DNA from: Anaerolineae bacterium
GTDB taxonomy: Bacteria; Chloroflexota; Anaerolineae; Aggregatilineales; Phototrophicaceae
Assembly: GCA_022824465.1 (NCBI GenBank)
Contig: JAJDZV010000002.1
Location: 20,192-84,191, forward strand
Reading direction: 5' to 3'
DNA length: 64,000 bases
Below the pieces are notes generated by a model. It had not been told where the DNA came from. It was given only the letters and a program-made list of their open reading frames with translations, and did not search any database. The position numbers were made by a program, and so were the translations under genes. Numbering within the stretch: position 1 is the stretch's first letter; each line of letters begins with the position of its first letter. Of this stretch, positions 9,682 to 18,899 are shown piece by piece.

Positions 9682-10521
9682 ATGAAAGACGAACGCACAT
9701 TCCTGCAGCCGATAGGGCTTACGCTGAAATACGTCGTCTTGGCAGTGGGCGCCTTCATCATGGTTTTTCCCTTCATCTGGATGATCATCGCCTCGCTTAT
9801 GACTGCCGGCGAAATACAGCTGCGTCCGCCGGTGTGGCTGCCCGCCGAGCCGCAATTCAGCAATTACAGCGATCTGGCTGATTCCATACCGATGGGCCGA
9901 CTGTATTTCAACAGTGTTTTCACTTCCGGTCTCATCGTCTTCGGCGTCTTGCTCAGCAGCTCGCTGGCTGGTTTCGCGTTCGCCAAGTACCGCTTTCCCG
10001 GGCGCGAGTTTCTCTTTTATGTGATCCTGGCGACGATGATGATTCCCTTCTTTGTGACCTTGATCCCGGTCTTTTTCATCGTGCGGCAACTGGGCTGGAT
10101 CGATACTTATCAAGGGCTGGTCGTGCCCGGGCTGACCTCGGCTTATGGCATCTTTTTGATGCGGCAGTTTATCATCACGCTGCCTGATGAATTGATCGAC
10201 GCCGCCCGCATCGATGGCGCTTCCGAACTGCGGATCTTCTGGCGTATCGTCGTGCCGCTGGTGAAGCCGGCGCTGGCGACCCTGGGCACCTTCACTTTCA
10301 TCGGCTCCTGGAATGCCTTCTTATGGCCCCTGCTGGTCATCAACAGCCGTGAATTGATGACGCTGCCGCTGGGCATCAACTCGATGAAGAGCCTCTATGC
10401 CGACAATACCAACTTGCTGATGGCCGGCACTGCCGTCGCAGTCATTCCGATGCTAATTGTGTTCATCTTCTTGCAACGTTACTTCATTCAGGGGATCGCG
10501 CTCACAGGCTTGAAAGGATAA
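9682..10521 (+). CDS. Carbohydrate ABC transporter permease (MalG/UgpE-like)
   Basis: EAA loop DAARIDGASELRIFWRIVVPLVKP, six predicted TM helices, C-terminal GLKG. Confidence 0.9.
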   Translation: MKDERTFLQPIGLTLKYVVLAVGAFIMVFPFIWMIIASLMTAGEIQLRPPVWLPAEPQFSNYSDLADSIPMGRLYFNSVFTSGLIVFGVLLSSSLAGFAFAKYRFPGREFLFYVILATMMIPFFVTLIPVFFIVRQLGWIDTYQGLVVPGLTSAYGIFLMRQFIITLPDELIDAARIDGASELRIFWRIVVPLVKPALATLGTFTFIGSWNAFLWPLLVINSRELMTLPLGINSMKSLYADNTNLLMAGTAVAVIPMLIVFIFLQRYFIQGIALTGLKG

Positions 10522-10530
10522 TGGACGGTT

Positions 10531-11472
10531 ATGGAAATCCGAACATTTCAAGGCAAAGACGAACTTGAGCTGTTGGATGTTTGGCATCGCGCCATGTCGA
10601 GCGATCGAATCAGCGCCAGCCTCTTCCGCACGCAAGTCCTGCTGGATCCCAACTTTCACCCCGACTATGTTCCAGTAGCCGTTGAGGACGGACGCGTGGT
10701 GGGTTTCATACTCTGTCTTGCGCGTCGAGTCCCTTATTTTCTGCAGGGCATGGACCCGACCGAAGCCTGGATCAGCGCATTCGGCGTGCATCCGGATTAT
10801 CGCGGACACGGCATTGGCAGCGCTCTTTTTGAGCGCATCATGGGCAAACTGCGAGAAGAGGGACGCGAGACGGTTGATATCTCGCCTTATGTGCCGAATT
10901 ATTTTGTGCCGGGCGTGGACACGCAAGCCTACCCCGATACCATCCGATTCATGCAGGAGCGCATCGGCTTTGAGACGCTGTATCACGCGATCAGCATGGG
11001 CGCCGACTTAAGCGGATTTCAAGTCCCGGACGATATTCAGGCGCGCATCGAGCGAAGCGAAGCGGAAGAGGACCTGACAATCCGCCCGATAGAAGCGGCT
11101 GATATCCCTGACCTGATGCCCTTCTTGGTCGAGCACTTCGGTTGGGACTGGTTCCGGCACGCGCAGAGTTATCTGCTGGAATACTTCGGCGATAGTCCGC
11201 ATCGAATCTGTTTTCTGGTCGCGCGGGAGAAGGGCGACCTGGTAGGCTTCTGTCAACAGCGGAACGAACGCTTTGGGCCGTTTGGCGTCCGGCCTGATTG
11301 CCGCAACCGGGGAATCGGCAGAATGCTGCTCTTCAAATGTCTGGAACAGATGAGCGCCAAACAGGTCTACTTCGCCTATTTCCTCTGGACTGACGAGGAC
11401 GCGGCACGCTTGTATTCGCTCGCTGGTTTCGAGCGTCGGCGGGAATTCGCTGTGATGCGCAAACTTCTCTAG
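10531..11472 (+). CDS. GNAT-family N-acetyltransferase (apparently two GNAT-like halves)
   Basis: Acetyl-CoA motifs HPDYRGHGIGSALF and RPDCRNRGIGRMLL in the two halves. Confidence 0.8.
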   Translation: MEIRTFQGKDELELLDVWHRAMSSDRISASLFRTQVLLDPNFHPDYVPVAVEDGRVVGFILCLARRVPYFLQGMDPTEAWISAFGVHPDYRGHGIGSALFERIMGKLREEGRETVDISPYVPNYFVPGVDTQAYPDTIRFMQERIGFETLYHAISMGADLSGFQVPDDIQARIERSEAEEDLTIRPIEAADIPDLMPFLVEHFGWDWFRHAQSYLLEYFGDSPHRICFLVAREKGDLVGFCQQRNERFGPFGVRPDCRNRGIGRMLLFKCLEQMSAKQVYFAYFLWTDEDAARLYSLAGFERRREFAVMRKLL

Positions 11473-11496
11473 TAACGAAGCAAGGAGAGAGAAAGC

Positions 11497-12201
11497 ATGT
11501 CCGGACATTTGATGGTCGTAGGCGGCCATATATCCGACGCCGAAAACATGGCGGGCGCCGTCATGCTCAAGCACAAGCAAGCGGGCTGGGATATCACTAT
11601 CGTGCACGCGACGACGGGCGAAAAGGGCCATCCCACGCTCAGCGCCCAAGACTATCTCAAGATGCGCCTGGCGGATGCGGAAGCCTCGGCCGAGTTCATC
11701 GGCGCCAATATGGAATTGATGCCTTATGGCGATGGCGAACTGCCGGTGAATGACGAAGCGATCTGGCTGATGGCGGATCTCATCCGCAAGCACAAACCAA
11801 CGCTCATCATCACGCATTGGAAGGGCAGCTTCCATATTGACCATAACAACGCGCATGATGTGGTCATGAAAGCGCTGTTCCGCGCGGGCTTGCCGGCATT
11901 TGAGCGCGAAGAGCCGGCGCATTCTCCGCAAGCGGTCCTGTTTTCCGAAAACTGGGAAGATATGGAAGGGTATAACGCAGATATCTATCTCGATGTCAGC
12001 GAGGTGTTTGAAGATTATCTGGCGCTGTTAAAGACGCATGCGCTGATGCGCGAGAGTTATTCCAGCTTCCGTTATTGGGATTACTATAAAGCTTTGGGAG
12101 AAGCGCGCGGGGCGCTGGGCGGCTTCGACCGGGCGGTGACCTTGATGCGCCCGCGGAGTCTGTATTCGTTCGAGCGCAAAAGCGGGCTGCTGCTGGACTG
12201 A
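11497..12201 (+). CDS. PIG-L/LmbE-family deacetylase
   Basis: AAGGAGAG SD. N-terminal LMVVGGHISDAENMAGA is a variant of the HPDDE motif. TTGEKGHP and later H..DH residues are typical of LmbE-like deacetylases. Confidence 0.7.
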   Translation: MSGHLMVVGGHISDAENMAGAVMLKHKQAGWDITIVHATTGEKGHPTLSAQDYLKMRLADAEASAEFIGANMELMPYGDGELPVNDEAIWLMADLIRKHKPTLIITHWKGSFHIDHNNAHDVVMKALFRAGLPAFEREEPAHSPQAVLFSENWEDMEGYNADIYLDVSEVFEDYLALLKTHALMRESYSSFRYWDYYKALGEARGALGGFDRAVTLMRPRSLYSFERKSGLLLD

Positions 12202-12623
12202 GGGTGGCTGCGGGCGAGCCGCGGGTCGCGTAGACTCTGAGCGGTGACACTGACCGGCAGCATAGAGCATTTGGTTGTCAAGGCGCTGAGGGGACGAGCG
12301 ACAGCGCCAGTTCCTCCGTCTCCAGTACGGAGCAAATCAGCACGGGAATCTGCGCTGTTGCCGGATGAGCTTTGAAGCGCGGCTAGATCTGCCAGTCATC
12401 CGCCGCAGCAGTATCACATCCAAAAAAACGCAAAGGAGCGGCGTCCCCGCCCGCTTCACCGCGCAGGTCGTAGATGCGCCCGAGCAATCGACCAGCTACG
12501 CATCTTACGCCACCGGTTTGCATCAGCGGGCATCAGGCGCGTGAAACTGTCTTCAAGGGCGCGTTCGCATTTCTGCCAGCGCCTGTCTATCATAAGCGAA
12601 ATCACAATGGAGGAGGCTGGCTC

Positions 12624-13403
12624 ATGCTCCCGATCGCCCGGCGCGGACGGATGACCGCGGACGAACGCTTGATGTTCGAATGCTTCGGTTACATCATTAT
12701 TGAAGACGCGCTCACAGCGGCCGAAACCGAAGCCGCGCTGGCCGCGTCCAAACGGCTGCACGCGGAAACGACCGATATCTGGCGGCAGATCGGCGCTGGC
12801 TTCGAGAAAGAGCCGGCCCTTGCCGCGCTTATCGACCACCCGGCCGTCTTGCCTAAAGTCCGCGCGCTCTATGGCGATCAATTCATCCTACAATCGGCCT
12901 GGTGCACTGTGCAAGCCGCCCGCAGCGAAAGCATCGGCTGGCATCAAGATGGTTCGGGCGTCTTCGAGTTTCGCGAACTCGGTTATCCGCTGCCCCTGCT
13001 GCAGCTGCGCGCCAGCTACAGCCTCACCGATCAATCGCGCGAATTCAGCGGCAATATGATGATGATCCCCGGCAGCCATCGCAGCCCGGTCTCCTTGCCC
13101 GCGGACAAACGGGGGCAACTGATCGCTTCGCCCATCCAGCACAATATCCTCTGCGGCGCCGGGGCGGCACTGCTCTTCCACAACGGCGTCTGGCACTCGC
13201 CCATGCCCAACCGCCAGGATATAGACCGCTACAATATGCACTATATCTACAGTCCGCCCTGGCTGCGCCGCTCGGATCGCTTCGCCACCGACCCCGACTT
13301 CCTCGCCGGGACGACGCCGCTGCGCCGGGCATTGATGGGCGAATTCGAGCGACCTGACGCTCCCTTTGGCGCGGGTGTTCCGCCGCTGCCTTTCGAGGAC
13401 TGA
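12624..13403 (+). CDS. Phytanoyl-CoA dioxygenase (PhyH) family Fe(II)/2-oxoglutarate oxygenase
   Basis: GGAGGAGG sits 7 nt upstream of the ATG at 12624. HxD facial triad in GWHQDGSG with distal His in GVWHSPMPN. Confidence 0.8.
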   Translation: MLPIARRGRMTADERLMFECFGYIIIEDALTAAETEAALAASKRLHAETTDIWRQIGAGFEKEPALAALIDHPAVLPKVRALYGDQFILQSAWCTVQAARSESIGWHQDGSGVFEFRELGYPLPLLQLRASYSLTDQSREFSGNMMMIPGSHRSPVSLPADKRGQLIASPIQHNILCGAGAALLFHNGVWHSPMPNRQDIDRYNMHYIYSPPWLRRSDRFATDPDFLAGTTPLRRALMGEFERPDAPFGAGVPPLPFED

Positions 13404-13406
13404 GCG

Positions 13407-14357
13407 ATGCCACTTGACATTCTCACAATCGGCGAGGCGCTGGTCGAAGTCATGCGAACGGACATTGACCAGCCGCTGCATGCGCCCGGTCCCTTCACGG
13501 GTCCCTACCCCAGCGGGGCGCCGTTTATTTTCGCCGCGCAAGCCGCCCGCCTGGGGATGCGCTGCGGCGCGATTGGCGCGGTGGGTGCGGATGCTTTTGG
13601 CGAGTGCCTGCTGGATCAATTGCAGGCCGATGGCATAGAGACCGAGGCCGTGCGACAGCTAAGAGACCAGACGACCGGCGTGGCCTTCGTCGCCTACCAA
13701 GCGGATGGCGCGCGCGATTATGTCTTTAGCCTGGGCGCGGGCGGGCGCCTCACCTTGGATATGCTGCTGCCCGAGCTCTTTGAGGGACTGCGCTGCTTTC
13801 ATGTCATGGGCTCGACCTTGTCGATGAGCGCTGAGGCGCTGAATGTCTGCCGCGAGGCGCTGCGGATGGCTTTGGCTGCGGGCGCGTTGATCAGCTTTGA
13901 TCCCAACTTGCGGCCCGAGTTGCTGTCGGCGCAAGAGGCGCGAATCGCCTTCGCCGAATTCATGTCGGCGGCCAGGGTCGTATTGCCGACTGCAGCTGAG
14001 CTGCTGCAACTGACCGGCGCGGCAACGATTGCGCAAGGGGTTGACGCCCTGCTGGCAGAGAATCCGGACCGCTCCATCGTCGTCACGCGCGGCGCGGAAG
14101 GCTGCACCGTGTTTACAGCAAATGGCGCGGCCAGCGTGCCGGGCTACGCTGTCGACGAGATCGACCCGACCGGCGCTGGCGATTGCTTTGACGCCGGCTT
14201 CCTAAGCGAGCTGCTGGAGGGCAAGTCGCCGGTTGAAGCTGCGCGGCTGGCGAATGCGTGCGGGGCGCTGGCGGTGACGGCGAAGGGTCCAATGGCTGGC
14301 GCCAGGGCGCGCGCCGAAGTCGAGCGTTTCATGCAGCGCGCGCGGACTCGCGGCTAA
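13407..14357 (+). CDS. PfkB-family sugar kinase (KDG-kinase/ribokinase-like)
   Basis: C-terminal DPTGAGDCFDAGFL signature and the N-terminal LTIGEALVE motif. Confidence 0.85.
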   Translation: MPLDILTIGEALVEVMRTDIDQPLHAPGPFTGPYPSGAPFIFAAQAARLGMRCGAIGAVGADAFGECLLDQLQADGIETEAVRQLRDQTTGVAFVAYQADGARDYVFSLGAGGRLTLDMLLPELFEGLRCFHVMGSTLSMSAEALNVCREALRMALAAGALISFDPNLRPELLSAQEARIAFAEFMSAARVVLPTAAELLQLTGAATIAQGVDALLAENPDRSIVVTRGAEGCTVFTANGAASVPGYAVDEIDPTGAGDCFDAGFLSELLEGKSPVEAARLANACGALAVTAKGPMAGARARAEVERFMQRARTRG

Positions 14358-14526
14358 GACAGCGCGGCGGGTTCCAGTGGCTTTGATGATCCTGCCTGAT
14401 TCCCTTTGCAGTTTTGCTACAGTTCGTTGGGATGGTTGGTGTGGTCGCGGCGCAACGCAGCCAGCGCCTGCCGGCAAGTGGCGAAGCACAAAGATATGAA
14501 TGCGCCCGTACGGGGAAGCTGAGGCG

Positions 14527-14653
14527 GACGAGCCACGGCGCGCCCCGACATCTAATGGTATCCGAGACAGGAATACTGGTTGACAGGTGCTCGATTTTCA
14601 CCACTCCGCCTGCCGCGGGCGACCTGTGGCAATCCGCGATCGGGGCTATAATC
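14527..14653 (+). repeat. Repeat family C copy (~125 nt, REP-like core at 5' end, TATAAT at 3' end)
   Basis: CGAGCCACGGCGCGCCCC...AATGGTATCCGAGACAGGA...CTCGATTTTCACCAC...GGCTATAATC aligns with 32304-32430, with the same 118-119 nt spacing between core and TATAAT. Confidence 0.7.
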
Positions 14654-14684
14654 ATCGGATCAGAGCGCCAGGAGGAGACTCGAT

Positions 14685-15707
14685 ATGCCGCTATTTGATA
14701 TGCCCCTGGATCAGTTGCGCAGCTACAAGCCGCCGCGGGAAGAACAAGACGACTTCGATGCTTTCTGGGCGGCTACCTTGGCCGGCGCCCGTTCGCACAG
14801 TTTGGACGCCGAATTTGAGCCGGTGGATTGCGGGCTGGAAAGCGTGTTGGTATGCGATGTGACTTTCTCTGGATTTCAGGGCGACCGCATCAAAGCCTGG
14901 TACATTCGTCCGCGCGGGGAGGCGGGCGCTTTGCCGGGCATTGTCGAGTATATCGGATACGGCGGCGGGCGCGGTTTCCCGCATGAGTGGCTCGCCTTCC
15001 CGTCAGCCGGCTTCGCTTATATGGTCATGGATACGCGGGGGCAAGGCTCGGTCTGGCGACGCGGGGACACGCCGGATATTCCCAATGGCGCGAATCCGTC
15101 CGTGCCCGGCTTCATGACCCAGGGCATCCTCGATCCCAAGACTTACTATTATCGCCGCTTGTACACCGATGCCGTCCGCGCCGTCGAGGCTTTGCGCAGC
15201 CGACCCGAGGTTGATGCAGCGCGCATCGCCGTCACTGGCGGCAGTCAAGGTGGCGGGCTGTCGATCGCCGCGGCTGGTTTGTTGCCCGAGGTCAAAGCCT
15301 GCTTGACGGACGTGCCCTTTCTTTCGCATTTTCGGCGCGCGGTCGAGATTACGCCGAACAACCCCTACCTGGAGATCGCCCGCTATCTGCAGACGCACCG
15401 CGAAAAGGTCGACCGGGTCTTTCGCACCTTAAGCTATTTCGACGGCATGAACTTCGCTGCGCGCATGTCGGCCCGCGCGCTGTTCTCGGTCGGCATCATG
15501 GACACCACCTGCCCGCCGTCAACAGTCTTCGCCGCGTACAACCATGTGCCCGGCGAGAAGGCGATAGTGGAGTATCGGTTCAACAATCATGAAGGCGGCG
15601 GCGCGGCGCACCTGGCGGAGAAAATTCGGTATCTGCGCGCGCTTTGGAAGCCGCTCGGCGCCAGCGACAAGGGCAGCCCTAGTGTCTCGGATTCGGATCC
15701 GGGCTAG
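14685..15707 (+). CDS. Acetylxylan esterase / cephalosporin-C deacetylase (CE7, AXE1)
   Basis: AGGAGGAG SD. N-terminal MPLFDMPLDQLRSYKP is typical of CE7. Nucleophile motif GGSQGGG. Confidence 0.85.
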   Translation: MPLFDMPLDQLRSYKPPREEQDDFDAFWAATLAGARSHSLDAEFEPVDCGLESVLVCDVTFSGFQGDRIKAWYIRPRGEAGALPGIVEYIGYGGGRGFPHEWLAFPSAGFAYMVMDTRGQGSVWRRGDTPDIPNGANPSVPGFMTQGILDPKTYYYRRLYTDAVRAVEALRSRPEVDAARIAVTGGSQGGGLSIAAAGLLPEVKACLTDVPFLSHFRRAVEITPNNPYLEIARYLQTHREKVDRVFRTLSYFDGMNFAARMSARALFSVGIMDTTCPPSTVFAAYNHVPGEKAIVEYRFNNHEGGGAAHLAEKIRYLRALWKPLGASDKGSPSVSDSDPG

Positions 15708-15718
15708 TGAAGGATTCG

Positions 15719-16555
15719 ATGAGCCGGGCGCGGGTCCTCATCCTTGGCAGCGGCACGCCCAATGCGGAAGCGGGGCGCGTCAGTTCCGGCGTCGCCATCG
15801 CAGTCGATGATCAGCCTTACTTAATCGACTGCGGGCACGGCATTGTGCAGCGCGTGGTGGAGGCGCATGACGCTGGTCTCATCACATGGGACACGAAAGC
15901 GCTGACGCGCCTCTTCGTCACGCATTTGCATGCGGACCATACCGTAGGCATACCCGATCTGCTCTTTACGCCCTGGATTCACGGGCGCAAGGAGCCGGCG
16001 CAGGTCTATGGACCGGCGGGCCTGGAAGCGATGCTGCGACATATCCAACTGGCGTACGCCGAGAACATCCGCGAGCATCGCGCGGCCCATCCCAGCAGCG
16101 AGCGGGGTTATCAGGCGGAAGCGCGCGAAGTGAAAGAGGGGCTATGCTATCGGGATGAAAGGGCGTCGGTCTACGCGCTGGCGGCGGATCACGGCGGTCT
16201 GGCCGCATTGAGTTACAAGTTCGTCACGCCTGCCGGCACGGTAGTAATCTCCGGCGATACCAAGCCCGTGCCGGGTTTCGGCGATTGGGCGCGGGGCTGC
16301 GACCTGCTCATCCATGAGGTGTATTCGGCGCGGCGGTTCCTCAAGCAGAGCGCCGCGTGGCAAGCGTATCACGCCCGCGTACATACTTCGACGCGCGAGT
16401 TGGCGGCGCTGGCGAATGAGATTCGTCCCGGACGCCTGCTGCTCTATCATCAGCTATTCTGGGGGCAGACGGCGGAAGCGCTCGTCGCCGAAATCGCCAG
16501 CGATTATGCGGGCGCGATAGTAAGCGTCAATGACCTAGATGTATTCGAGCTATAG
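15719..16555 (+). CDS. MBL-fold metallo-hydrolase
   Basis: THLHADH (HxHxDH) motif. The internal ATG gives the typical N-terminus RVLILGSGTP. The track GTG at 15707 is the alternative start. Confidence 0.8.
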   Translation: MSRARVLILGSGTPNAEAGRVSSGVAIAVDDQPYLIDCGHGIVQRVVEAHDAGLITWDTKALTRLFVTHLHADHTVGIPDLLFTPWIHGRKEPAQVYGPAGLEAMLRHIQLAYAENIREHRAAHPSSERGYQAEAREVKEGLCYRDERASVYALAADHGGLAALSYKFVTPAGTVVISGDTKPVPGFGDWARGCDLLIHEVYSARRFLKQSAAWQAYHARVHTSTRELAALANEIRPGRLLLYHQLFWGQTAEALVAEIASDYAGAIVSVNDLDVFEL

Positions 16556-16579
16556 ATTGACGCGGGAGACACTCAAACG

Positions 16580-17260
16580 ATGCCGGACGAAGCACAATTT
16601 AAGGCGCTGGACTATGAACGGCTGAGCGAGAGGGAGCAATTGCGCCGTTCGGGAGAGTTCCTGCGGCGGATGCTCAAGCGGCGCAGCGTGCGCCAATTCT
16701 CCTCCGAAGCGGTTCCGGTTGAGCTGATCGAGAGGGCAATACGCGTGGCCGGCTCCGCCCCTTCCGGCGCCAACCAGCAGCCGTGGACTTTCGTCGTCGT
16801 TAGCGATGCCGAGCTTAAGCGGCGAATCCGCCAGGCGGCAGAAGCCGAGGAGAAAGAAAGCTATGAGCGGCGCATGAGCCCGGAGTGGCTGGCGGCGCTT
16901 GAACCGCTGGGCACAGACTGGCGCAAGCCGCATATCGAAGACGCGCCTTATGTGATCGTCGTCTTTCGGCAGGCTTATGGCATCGGCCGCGACGAGGATG
17001 GCAATGACAAGCGGATCATGCACTACTACAGCGAAGAATCAGTCGGCATCGCGGTCGGTTTCCTGCTGGCGGCATTGCATATCTCAGGCCTCGCTACTTT
17101 GACGCATACGCCCAGCCCGATGAAGTTTCTCACTAAGATACTCGCGCGCCCGGCCAACGAGCGGCCCTACGTGGTGATACCGGTCGGCTACCCGGCGGCG
17201 GAGGCCAGCGTGCCGGCCATAAGCAAGAAAACGCTGGATGAGATTCTGCTGCGGCGCTGA
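16580..17260 (+). CDS. Nitroreductase-superfamily flavoprotein, iodotyrosine deiodinase (IYD)-like
   Basis: Collinear with animal IYD as I remember it: RRSVRQFS, GSAPSGANQQPWTFVVVSD, EKESYERRM, WRKPHIEDAPYVIVVF, HYYSEESVGIAVGFLLAAL, PVGYPAAEASVP. Confidence 0.75.
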   Translation: MPDEAQFKALDYERLSEREQLRRSGEFLRRMLKRRSVRQFSSEAVPVELIERAIRVAGSAPSGANQQPWTFVVVSDAELKRRIRQAAEAEEKESYERRMSPEWLAALEPLGTDWRKPHIEDAPYVIVVFRQAYGIGRDEDGNDKRIMHYYSEESVGIAVGFLLAALHISGLATLTHTPSPMKFLTKILARPANERPYVVIPVGYPAAEASVPAISKKTLDEILLRR

Positions 17261-17274
17261 AGCGCGGGGCTGCC

Positions 17275-17979
17275 TTAGAATTTTGTGCCGTAGGCCGGCA
17301 GGATGGCGCCGTGGATAATCTGGCCAGCTTCCGATGCCAAGAATGCGATGACGCGGCCAAGCTGCGTCGGCGTCACGCCCGAATGCGGATCGGCGCCGTA
17401 TTGGTCGCCGGTGGCGATCGCGGAGGGCAGGACGGCGTTCACGCGAATGCCGCGGCGCTTGTATTCTTCCGACATACTCTCGGTCAAGCGCAGGACCGCC
17501 GCCTTGGACGCGGCATAGGCGGCGTCGTTGCCACTGGAGCGCAATCCGGGGCGCGCGCCGATATTGATAATGACGCCGCTGCGCTGGTCGAGCATGGTTG
17601 GTATGACTGCTCGGCTGGTCAGGAATGGGACGGTCGCATTGAGCCGGTGCATCGTCTCCCAAGTATCGAGCGTCATTTCGTGCACGGGCGCGCCCGCGTC
17701 CCAGCCGCCGACGATATTCACCAGCACATCAATCCGTCCGAAGGCGTCGCGGGTTTTTCGCGCCAGTTCGTCAGCGGCGGTCGGTGCGGACAGGTCGTGG
17801 TTTTGCAAGCAGAGGTGATAGGGATCGTCCTGCAGATCGGGAAAGCGCTGATAGAGCCGGTCGTCGCCGCAGGTCAAGGCGAGGCGTGCGCCGCCCGCGC
17901 GAAACTCAGGAATCACGCCTGAGGCCAGCAAGCCCGACGCCCCGGTGACAATCGCCACTTGTCCGCTGAATGCCGTCAT
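17275..17979 (-). CDS. SDR-family oxidoreductase
   Basis: QVAIVTGASGLLASGV glycine-rich motif and YAASKAA catalytic YxxxK. Confidence 0.85.
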   Translation of the reverse strand: MTAFSGQVAIVTGASGLLASGVIPEFRAGGARLALTCGDDRLYQRFPDLQDDPYHLCLQNHDLSAPTAADELARKTRDAFGRIDVLVNIVGGWDAGAPVHEMTLDTWETMHRLNATVPFLTSRAVIPTMLDQRSGVIINIGARPGLRSSGNDAAYAASKAAVLRLTESMSEEYKRRGIRVNAVLPSAIATGDQYGADPHSGVTPTQLGRVIAFLASEAGQIIHGAILPAYGTKF

Positions 17980-18158
17980 CAGATTCTCCTTTGCCGGATC
18001 GCTCCTGAGAAAAGCATATCACATTTCCAGGGCATCCTGGTTGAAGCGGCGGCGAGTCGATAGCGGGCGATGCTGTTTCGCCGCAGTTTCGCGCGCCCGT
18101 GCTGATGCGCTGTTATCATCCTGCTCACTTGCCATCGCTGAATCTAGGAGGAGACCAA

Positions 18159-18854
18159 ATGCGCATTCTTGTCATTGGCGGCAGCGGCGCCGTCGGAACG
18201 ATGATCACGCCCTATTTGAGGGAATCGCATTCGCTGACGATTTTCGATTTGCAGCCGCCTTCCGATGCGGCGATGCCGTTCGTTCAAGGCGATGTCACTG
18301 CCTACGATGAGCTCTTGCGCGCTATGGCGGAACAGGAGGCTTTGGTTTATATGGCGATGGGCAGCCTGGACTGGGACACAATTGATGGCATCGGCAGCGC
18401 CTACGATGTCAACGTCAAGGGCTTGCACCTGGCGTTGCGCGCGGCGCAGGAAGCCGGCATCACACAAGCGATCTATACCAGCAGCATGTCGGTGTACGCT
18501 GACTTGTCGGGGCGGAGATTCGCCGATGAAAGCGTGGCGCCGGACGCGCGTCATCTATATGGATTCACCAAGTCGCTGGGCGAGCAGGTCTGCCTCAATG
18601 CGGTCCGCAATTGGGATATGCATATCAATGTGCTGCGCCTGTGCTTCCCGACGCCGGACGAGCAAATGCAGAGGGTTGAGTCGGAAACGCGAATCCTCGC
18701 CACGGCCGCCAGCGATGTGGCCAGCGCCGTTGCGGCTGCGCTTCGCTTCCGCGGCCGCTACCAGACCTTCATGATCAGTGGAGATTTTCGGGAGACTATG
18801 TTAAACATGAGCAAGGCACAGCAACTGCTCGGCTGGGCGGCGAAACAGTTCTGA
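18159..18854 (+). CDS. NAD-dependent epimerase/dehydratase family protein
   Basis: AGGAGGAG SD before the ATG at 18159. MRILVIGGSGAVG Rossmann motif and YGFTKSL (YxxxK). Confidence 0.8.
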   Translation: MRILVIGGSGAVGTMITPYLRESHSLTIFDLQPPSDAAMPFVQGDVTAYDELLRAMAEQEALVYMAMGSLDWDTIDGIGSAYDVNVKGLHLALRAAQEAGITQAIYTSSMSVYADLSGRRFADESVAPDARHLYGFTKSLGEQVCLNAVRNWDMHINVLRLCFPTPDEQMQRVESETRILATAASDVASAVAAALRFRGRYQTFMISGDFRETMLNMSKAQQLLGWAAKQF

Positions 18855-18899
18855 TATCCGGTTGGCGGCTAGCAGCGTACGGGAGCGCAAAAGAAGATC

